Of a DNA stretch of 64,000 nucleotides, positions 57,767 to 64,000 are shown in pieces. The stretch spans positions 6,984 to 70,983 of the forward strand of contig JAHHSM010000002.1 in the NCBI GenBank assembly GCA_020025175.1. Reading direction: 5' to 3'. Position 1 is the first letter of the stretch. Every line of letters starts with the position of its first letter. Both the position numbers and the translations under genes were made by a program. Source of the DNA: Oscillospiraceae bacterium. GTDB lineage: Bacteria > Bacillota > Clostridia > Oscillospirales > Oscillospiraceae. The notes beneath the pieces were generated by a model. That model was not told where the DNA came from. It saw nothing but the letters and a program-made list of their open reading frames with translations, and did no database searches.

Positions 57767-59101
57767 TTATTTGCTCAATTTTTCCAAAAGCTCAGCACGC
57801 ATATCTTCGTATCCGGGTTTTCCCAGCAGCGCAAACATATTCTTTTTATAAGATTCCACGCCGGGCTGATCAAAGGGATTGATTCCCAGCAGATATCCAC
57901 TCAAACCACAGGCATATTCAAAGAAATAAATCAGTTCGCCCAGAGTGTAGGCGGTATTCTGACCGATATGGATCACCAGATTGGGTACACCGCCCTCTAC
58001 ATGCGCCAGCAGGGTTCCGTCCATTGCCTGCTCGTTGACAAAGGACATATCCTTTCCGGCAAGGAAGTTTAAGCCATCGCCGTCGCTTTCATCAAAGGGA
58101 ACAGTCAATGCTGTCAGAGGCTTTTCATAGCGGACAACAGTTTCAAACAGCAACCGTTCGCCCTGCTGGATATACTGTCCCATGGAATGAAGATCTGCGG
58201 TAAATTCCGTACTGGCAGGGAACAGCCCCTTGCCCTCTTTGCCTTCGCTTTCGCCGTAAAGCTGTTTCCACCACTCTGTCATAAAGCGGAAAGACGGCTC
58301 ATAGGAAGCAAGAATTTCGATTTTTTTGCCGGATTGATATAAAGCACTGCGCGCTGCGGCATATTGCCATGCAGGATTTTCTTGGCCGGGTTTTGCGCAC
58401 GCTGCCATCATATCGGCAGCACCGCCCATCAATGCGTCAATATCCACACCGCAGGCAGCAATGGGCAGAAGCCCCACGGCGCTCAGCACGCTGTAGCGTC
58501 CGCCTACGGAATCGGGTACTACAAAGGTTTCGTAGCCCTCTGCATCGGCAAGGGCCTTCAAAACGCCGTGCGTTTTGTCCGTGGTGGCATAAATACGGGC
58601 GCGCGCGCCTTCCTTACCATATTTCTTTTCGCACAGCTCCTTAAAAAAACGGAAGGAAATCGCCGGTTCAGTGGTAGTGCCGGATTTGGAGATGACATTG
58701 ATGGAGAAATCCTGCTCTCCGATCAGCTCCACCACTTCATTCAGGGCATCAGCACTCAGCGTGTTGCCGGCAAAATAGATATTGGGGGTATCTTTCTTTT
58801 TCTGGTTGTAGTTGGGGGAGCATAATGCATCAATGACGCCGCGTGCACCCAAATAGGAACCGCCGATACCGATGACAACAAGGGCGGTTGACTGCTGTTG
58901 AATTTTTTTAGCGGCAGCTTTGATGCGAGAGAATTCTTCTTTATCATAATCCCGAGGCAGATGAACCCATCCCACAAAATCATTTCCTATGCCCGAGGCG
59001 TCCTGCAGCCAAGTGTGTGCCTGTGCAAGGGGCTGCGCCAACGAAGCCTGATAGGCGGCGGGGACAAATTCTGCAATGTTGTTCGTATTGACCTGAATCA
59101 T
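57767..59101 (-). CDS. pgi: Glucose-6-phosphate isomerase
   Basis: [14 protein letters not shown] and the Firmicute-type PGI layout. Start at MIQVNTNN after GGGAGGA. Confidence 0.9.
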   Translation of the reverse strand: MIQVNTNNIAEFVPAAYQASLAQPLAQAHTWLQDASGIGNDFVGWVHLPRDYDKEEFSRIKAAAKKIQQQSTALVVIGIGGSYLGARGVIDALCSPNYNQKKKDTPNIYFAGNTLSADALNEVVELIGEQDFSINVISKSGTTTEPAISFRFFKELCEKKYGKEGARARIYATTDKTHGVLKALADAEGYETFVVPDSVGGRYSVLSAVGLLPIAACGVDIDALMGGAADMMAACAKPGQENPAWQYAAARSALYQSGKKIEILASYEPSFRFMTEWWKQLYGESEGKEGKGLFPASTEFTADLHSMGQYIQQGERLLFETVVRYEKPLTALTVPFDESDGDGLNFLAGKDMSFVNEQAMDGTLLAHVEGGVPNLVIHIGQNTAYTLGELIYFFEYACGLSGYLLGINPFDQPGVESYKKNMFALLGKPGYEDMRAELLEKLSK

Positions 59102-59209
59102 ATGTAAATCCTCCCATTCGCAGTACACAAATTGTGAGCAACGATTCCTATCTTGAGTGTATCATAGGCAATGGCAAAGTCAAGGGAAAAGCGGCGATGG
59201 CAATAAAGT

Positions 59210-60352
59210 TCATGCAATAAACAGAGCCTCGTGCAATATTTTTTGTACAATATCCCAATAGGATAAGCGGTCCACTGATTCTCCTGCCACCAAAGGAATG
59301 GTGGTGAGGGTTTTCCCTTCGGAAGTGATGGTCAATGTGCCGATGGGCTGGCCTTCTTCGACAGGTGCAGAAATGCTTTCCTCGAGTTCCATGGATTTTT
59401 CCACCGTGGATACTTTTGTTTTCTCCATCAAAATTTTATCCCGACTGGAAAAAATGGGCTGAACGCTTCCTTTTTTACCCATGTTGACGGGGATGGTGGG
59501 CAGTGCCTCATTGGGATATACGTCTACAAGCGTGTAATTGGCAAAGCCGTAGCTTAACAGATTTTTGGCGGTTTCAAAGCGTTCGGCAGAGGTGGGTGCC
59601 TTCATAATGGCGGCAATCAATTCCATGCCGTCACGCTCTGCGGTGGCGGAAAGACAATAGAGTGCCGAATCCGTTGAGCCGGTTTTCAGTCCTGTTGCGC
59701 CATCGTAAAAACGGATCAGTTTATTGGTGTTGGCAAGCTGAAATGTACCATTGCGCAATGTATCCATCCAAATGGTGGTGTAGTTTCGAATATCAGGGTG
59801 GTTGAGAATCAGCTCCCGGGACATGAGGGCGATATCATAGGCAGAGGTCACATGTCCTTCGGCAGGCAGTCCGGTGCAGTTGAGGAAATGGGTTTCGTTC
59901 ATACCCAGCTCTTTTGCCCGGGCGTTCATGCGTTCCACAAAGCTTTCTTCGCTGCCTGCCACAGCCTCTGCAAGGCATACGGCAGCATCATTTCCGGAGG
60001 CGACACAGACCGCTTTGATCAGGTCGGAAACGCTCATTTGTTCGCCGACTTTTAAATACACCTGACTGCCGCCCATCGATGCGGCGTGATCGCTGACGGA
60101 CAGCATATCTTCGTAGTGCAGGCGGTCATCCGCGATGGCTTCCATCACAAGAAGCAGGGTCATGACTTTCGTTACAGATGCCGGCTCCAGCTGTTCATGT
60201 TCATTTTGAGCATAAATCAAGGTGCCGGTTTCTTTTTCCATCAGCGCAAGGCTCTGCGCGCCCGATGTGATGGGCGCGGCATAAACGCATGGCATAAGAC
60301 AGGACAGCGACAGCGCAAAACAAAAAAACAGGAGCAGTATTTTTTTCAACAT
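59210..60352 (-). CDS. D-alanyl-D-alanine carboxypeptidase (S11, PBP5/DacB-type)
   Basis: Signal peptide, SVTKVMT (SxxK), SGND and KTGST motifs, and a C-terminal PBP5 domain. Confidence 0.88.
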   Translation of the reverse strand: MLKKILLLFFCFALSLSCLMPCVYAAPITSGAQSLALMEKETGTLIYAQNEHEQLEPASVTKVMTLLLVMEAIADDRLHYEDMLSVSDHAASMGGSQVYLKVGEQMSVSDLIKAVCVASGNDAAVCLAEAVAGSEESFVERMNARAKELGMNETHFLNCTGLPAEGHVTSAYDIALMSRELILNHPDIRNYTTIWMDTLRNGTFQLANTNKLIRFYDGATGLKTGSTDSALYCLSATAERDGMELIAAIMKAPTSAERFETAKNLLSYGFANYTLVDVYPNEALPTIPVNMGKKGSVQPIFSSRDKILMEKTKVSTVEKSMELEESISAPVEEGQPIGTLTITSEGKTLTTIPLVAGESVDRLSYWDIVQKILHEALFIA

Positions 60353-60445
60353 AAAAATGCCTCCATAGAATGATCTTATTCCAGTTTATGAAAGAAGGAA
60401 GCAGTTATGCTTAAAAGGGGAAAAGGATGATCGACAGGATTTTTC

Positions 60446-60474
60446 TTGCAATATACAGAGAACTTTGCTATAAT
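60446..60474 (+). promoter_or_regulatory. Sigma-A promoter of the tRNA gene
   Basis: TTGCAA-N17-TATAAT, 20 nt upstream of the tRNA 5' end. Confidence 0.6.
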
Positions 60475-60494
60475 ACATATCACTGCAAGAATTT

Positions 60495-60568
60495 GCAGGG
60501 TTGGTATATCGGTATTACAGCGGCTTCCCAAGCCGTTAAGGCGGGTTCGACTCCCGTACCCTGCTCCA
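60495..60568 (+). tRNA. tRNA-Gly (anticodon CCC), CCA encoded
   Basis: Hand-folded cloverleaf: acceptor GCAGGGT/ACCCTGC, anticodon stem GCGGC/GCCGT, loop TTCCCAA, T-arm GCGGG-TTCGACT-CCCGT, discriminator T plus CCA. Confidence 0.85.
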
Positions 60569-60571
60569 AAG

Positions 60572-60604
60572 AAAAGGCACGCCTGAGGCGTGCCTTTTCT
60601 TTTT
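60572..60604 (+). terminator. Terminator after the tRNA
   Basis: AAGGCACGCC-TGA-GGCGTGCCTT followed by a T-run. Confidence 0.8.
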
Positions 60605-60615
60605 AGATCGTGCCA

Positions 60616-60659
60616 AGAAGGCTCATTTGTCAATTACGACAAATGAGCCTTCTTTTTTT
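60616..60659. terminator. Second hairpin terminator (16-bp perfect stem)
   Basis: AGAAGGCTCATTTGTC-AATTAC-GACAAATGAGCCTTCT followed by T7. It lies between the tRNA and the convergent symporter gene. Confidence 0.7.
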
Positions 60660-60660
60660 A

Positions 60661-62073
60661 TCAGCGTTTCTTTTTGAAGTTTGTTTCGTAATCCTTGAGG
60701 GAGTCCAGCGCGCGGCGGGACAGAGGGAAGAGGAAAATCAAATTGAAAACAGTCATCAGACCGACACCCACATCGCCCAGCTCCCACACAAAGGTGTAGG
60801 CGGCAAGACCGCCGATAAAGAGCATCACCAGCGCGACAATTTTATAGGCGGTTTGAGAGAACCAGTTATCGCCGAAGAGGTATGCCACATTGGATCGGGC
60901 ATAGAACAGGATGCCGATAAAGGTGGAGAAGCTGAACAGCCACAAAATTGCGGCAATCAGAATCGAGCCGAATGCGCCCAAATGATAATGCATCGCAGCC
61001 TGCATCAAATCCATGCCTGAAAGTCCGTTGGTGACTTCGGCAGGAGCAAGGAGCATAATGAACGCAGTGCAGCTGCAAATCACAATCGTGTCAATAAATA
61101 CGCCCAGAGCCTGGCTCAAACCAACCTTGGCAGGATGATCGGTTTCTGCTGCTGCGGCGGCGCAGGGAGCGGAACCGCTGCCGGCCTCATTGGAGAACAA
61201 ACCACGCTTGATACCGTTCATCAAAACGGCACCAAAGCCACCGGCAACCATCTGGCGAAAACCGAAGGCTTCCGCGAAAATCTGCTCGAAGACACCGGGC
61301 AGCTGGGGCAAATTGATAAGAATCAGGACAATGGTGATCAGGAAGTAGCAGCCTGCCATAATAGGAACCAGCACATCCAGCACTTTCACCGTTGCGTTTT
61401 TGCGCAGAACAATGATGGCAGCCAGAACAACAAGAACAACGGTGGTGTACAGGGGTGGGATATGAAAGGCGTTGCTGAAGGCGGAGGAAACAGAGTTGCT
61501 GATGACCTGGCTGATACCGCACCAGCAAATCAAGCCGGACAGTGCAAATAAAACTGCCATAATGGAGTAACGCTGTTTCTTGCCACGCTTTTCTTCCCCA
61601 AAACGGTGGATATAGTAAGCGGGACCACCGCGATAACCGCCGTAGAGGGGATCTTTTTCCTTGTATAGCTGGGCGAGGGTTGATTCAATGAATGCGGTGG
61701 CAGAGCCGAGCAGTGCCGAAACCCACATCCAGAATACAGCACCCGCGCCACCTGCGGAAATGGCAGCCACAACGCCCACCAGATTGCCCATGCCAACACG
61801 GGTGGCGGTGGAAACGATCAGTGTTTGCAGGGTGGAAAGACTGCGGCCCTGCGCACCTTTCTTTTCCAGCAATGCACGAACCATATCGGGAAACAGACGG
61901 ATCTGCATGCATTTTGTGCGAAGGGTAAAATAGATGCCTGTGGGAATCAAAAGAAGCACCAGAAGGGACAGACCCAATGTTCCACCGCCTGGCAAAGGAA
62001 TGGTAATCAGATCGTTCCACAGCAGTCCGTAGATTCCGTGAACAATTGCGGTGATTGTATTTATCATAATCAT
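60661..62073 (-). CDS. Alanine/glycine:cation symporter (AGCS family)
   Basis: 470 aa with about 11 TM helices and motifs GAGAVFWMW and SNEAGSGSAP. Confidence 0.9.
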   Translation of the reverse strand: MIMINTITAIVHGIYGLLWNDLITIPLPGGGTLGLSLLVLLLIPTGIYFTLRTKCMQIRLFPDMVRALLEKKGAQGRSLSTLQTLIVSTATRVGMGNLVGVVAAISAGGAGAVFWMWVSALLGSATAFIESTLAQLYKEKDPLYGGYRGGPAYYIHRFGEEKRGKKQRYSIMAVLFALSGLICWCGISQVISNSVSSAFSNAFHIPPLYTTVVLVVLAAIIVLRKNATVKVLDVLVPIMAGCYFLITIVLILINLPQLPGVFEQIFAEAFGFRQMVAGGFGAVLMNGIKRGLFSNEAGSGSAPCAAAAAETDHPAKVGLSQALGVFIDTIVICSCTAFIMLLAPAEVTNGLSGMDLMQAAMHYHLGAFGSILIAAILWLFSFSTFIGILFYARSNVAYLFGDNWFSQTAYKIVALVMLFIGGLAAYTFVWELGDVGVGLMTVFNLIFLFPLSRRALDSLKDYETNFKKKR

Positions 62074-62192
62074 AACCTCGCTTTAGTTGATTTTTCAGTG
62101 GATTCAGTATATATTAAGTTTTGTAATTTGTAAAATTGATAATTATTATATATAGCATCGAAAAATTAGATGTTAGGATGAGGATGATAAAA

Positions 62193-63071
62193 ATGGATAT
62201 TCGATTGTTGAAAACTTTTATCTGTGTGGCGGAATTGGGGGGATTCACGAAAGCAGCGAATTTTCTGGGATATTCGCAGTCTACGATTTCCTTTCAGATC
62301 AAGGAGGTGGAGGATGAGCTGGGGGGTAAACTTTTTGAGCGTATTAACCATACAGTAGCATTGACCGATCAGGGGCGCGCAGTGCTGCGATATGCGCACC
62401 AGATTGACCACCTCACGCAGGAAATGGGTGAGGCAATGAAAGCGGAAAAGCAGGTGGAGGGACATATTCGCATGGCAACGGCAGATTCCCTGTGCCATTC
62501 TCTGCTGGGAGAGCAGTTTTTAGAATTTCGAAGGGCATATCCCGGTGTAACATTTAAAATCATTACTGCCGATACAAAAGAAATTGCCCGCCTGCTGAAT
62601 CACAATGAAGTGGATTTTGTCATGACGCTGGATAACCATATTTATAATGCGGAGTATATTATTGTCAAAGAGGAGAAAATCCAGACCCATTTTGTGGCAG
62701 CGCCAAGCAATCCGTTGGCGCGCGCAAAGATGCTGCGTATTTGGGATTTGCTGGACCAGCCCTTTCTGCTGACGGAATACGGTATGAGCTATCGCCGCCT
62801 GATGGATGAGAAGCTGGCAGAGGAATCTTTGGAGATTTTTCCGGTGCTGGAAAGCGGTGATGTGCGTGAGCTTTGCCGCTTGGTTGAGGCAGGAGCAGGG
62901 GTTTCCTTTTTGCCGGACTATGTGACAGAGGAAGGGGTGCGCGCAGGCAAAATGATCTATCTCCCTGTGGAAAACTTTGAGATTGTGGTTTGGAAACAGC
63001 TGCTGTATCATCGCGATAAATGGCTGTTTCCCGCCATGCGTGCAGCCATTGACTACTGTAAAAAATGCTGA
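62193..63071 (+). CDS. LysR-family transcriptional regulator
   Basis: MDIRLLKTFICVAELGGFTKAANFLGYSQSTISFQIKEVEDELG HTH. It is divergent from the symporter gene. Confidence 0.88.
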   Translation: MDIRLLKTFICVAELGGFTKAANFLGYSQSTISFQIKEVEDELGGKLFERINHTVALTDQGRAVLRYAHQIDHLTQEMGEAMKAEKQVEGHIRMATADSLCHSLLGEQFLEFRRAYPGVTFKIITADTKEIARLLNHNEVDFVMTLDNHIYNAEYIIVKEEKIQTHFVAAPSNPLARAKMLRIWDLLDQPFLLTEYGMSYRRLMDEKLAEESLEIFPVLESGDVRELCRLVEAGAGVSFLPDYVTEEGVRAGKMIYLPVENFEIVVWKQLLYHRDKWLFPAMRAAIDYCKKC

Positions 63072-63127
63072 GAAAAGAAAAATGCTTTCGATTGCATCGC
63101 AATCGAAAGCATTTTTTTGTTTGAAAC

Positions 63128-64000
63128 TTAAACGGACAGTGATTCGCTCAGCTCTAAGCCGGGATTGTGCTTTGTCAGGAAGCTGACAGCCCACTCACCG
63201 CCAAAGGCAACCAGCAGACGGCCCTTGAAGTCCTCCAGCAGGGAAGCACCGGTGCACAGGACGAGATCCTGCGGTGGGCAGGGGCAGGAGGTGATCCGGC
63301 GCAGATGCTCATAGGGCAGACCTGCGGTATACATGTCCACACCATATTCGTTTTTCATGCGGTATTCAAACACATCAAACTGCAGTGTGCCCACCACACC
63401 GACGATGACTTCTTCCAGACCGGAGTTTGGAATTTTAAAGATCTGGATGGCACCTTCCTGAGCAATCTGTTCGGTACCTTTGATAAACTGCTTGCGTTTC
63501 ATGGTGTTCTTGGGGGAAACACGCATAAAATGCTCAGGCTCGAAAGTGGGGATACCGGAATATTTGAACTTTTTGCCGGGCACCGTGATGGTATCGCCGA
63601 TGGAGAAGATGCCGGGGTCAAATACGCTGATGATATCGCCGGCAAAGGCTTCTTCCACGATTTCACGCTCTGCAGCCATCATGGTCTGGGGCTGGGACAG
63701 ACGCATTTTCTTGCCTGTCTGCATATGGTAATATTCACGATCACGCACGAACTGACCGGAGCAGATGCGCATAAATGCCAGACGGTCGCGGTGGGCCTTG
63801 TTCATGTTTGCCTGAATTTTGAAAACAAAGGCGGAAAAATCTTCGCTGAACACATCAATTTCGCCGCAGTCCGCCGTGCGGGACAGGGGTGCTGTGGTCA
63901 TGCGCAGAAATTCCTTCAGGAAGGGTTCAATACCAAAGTTTGTCAGTGCAGAACCAAAAAACACAGGCGAAAGAGTACCGTTGCGCACAGCGTCCATGTC
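63128..64000 (-). CDS. prfC: Peptide chain release factor 3 (C-terminal part; the gene continues beyond the window)
   Basis: GTLSPVFFGSALTNFGIEPFLKEFL and RF3 domains II-IV. The ORF is open at the window edge. Confidence 0.9.
   Translation of the reverse strand, partial: DMDAVRNGTLSPVFFGSALTNFGIEPFLKEFLRMTTAPLSRTADCGEIDVFSEDFSAFVFKIQANMNKAHRDRLAFMRICSGQFVRDREYYHMQTGKKMRLSQPQTMMAAEREIVEEAFAGDIISVFDPGIFSIGDTITVPGKKFKYSGIPTFEPEHFMRVSPKNTMKRKQFIKGTEQIAQEGAIQIFKIPNSGLEEVIVGVVGTLQFDVFEYRMKNEYGVDMYTAGLPYEHLRRITSCPCPPQDLVLCTGASLLEDFKGRLLVAFGGEWAVSFLTKHNPGLELSESLSV

Noticed and set aside
60495-60568. The tRNA-Gly as a possible genomic-island integration site
   Set aside because: I could see no integrase, no partial tRNA duplicate and no change in gene character on either side. 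The flanking genes are ordinary housekeeping genes.
62074-62192. A possible glycine riboswitch or LysR-box structure in the divergent symporter/LysR spacer
   Set aside because: The spacer is only about 120 bp and extremely AT-rich. That is too short for a tandem glycine riboswitch. T-N11-A-like patterns are abundant by chance in such a sequence, so no specific site can be supported.
1-64000. CRISPR arrays, rRNA genes, IS elements with terminal inverted repeats, and prophage structural genes
   Set aside because: I saw no regularly spaced direct repeats, no rRNA-like sequence, no transposase ORF and no capsid, tail or terminase-like ORFs anywhere in the window.

Overview
This 64-kb chromosomal window comes from a Clostridia-type, probably gut-associated, spore-forming Firmicute. 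The lineage guess rests on gene content only: spoIIP, the yabM-mazG-yabO-yabP-yabQ-divIC-yabR block, relA/recJ/dtd, a bile-salt-hydrolase-type Ntn hydrolase and DUF3048. Most of the window is ordinary, densely packed housekeeping DNA covering purine synthesis and salvage, pyruvate carboxylase, pgi, two molybdopterin oxidoreductases, larA, lepB, an alanine:cation symporter and one tRNA-Gly(CCC). The exception is an accessory block of about 14.4 kb (32678..47059) that sits precisely inside the sporulation transcription-factor gene spoIIID. The first 38 codons of spoIIID end at 32688 and codons 39-90 resume at 47060. A 12-bp direct repeat, CTACCGTACATA, marks both junctions, and joining the two halves restores a full-length SpoIIID. 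A large serine recombinase gene lies at the right end of the element. Its reading frame has no stop codon of its own and runs across the junction, so in the integrated state it is fused to the SpoIIID C-terminus. The element carries a complete type IC restriction-modification system whose hsdS contains a perfect 3x12-bp tandem repeat encoding the TAEL-type spacer. It also carries decayed conjugative-element genes, a BlaI/BlaR1-like sensor module with an unrecognised extracellular domain, and a promoter-terminator mini-module that may be a small RNA. I read this as a skin-like intervening element in spoIIID, or alternatively a domesticated or decaying integrative element inactivating it. That is the main finding. 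Smaller observations are a 74-bp duplication of the dtd 3' end around a 121-bp hairpin-rich insert, a G6-associated frameshift, and a yabQ ORF that overlaps ftsB by 257 nt. All family assignments come from motif recognition by eye; no database search was run.
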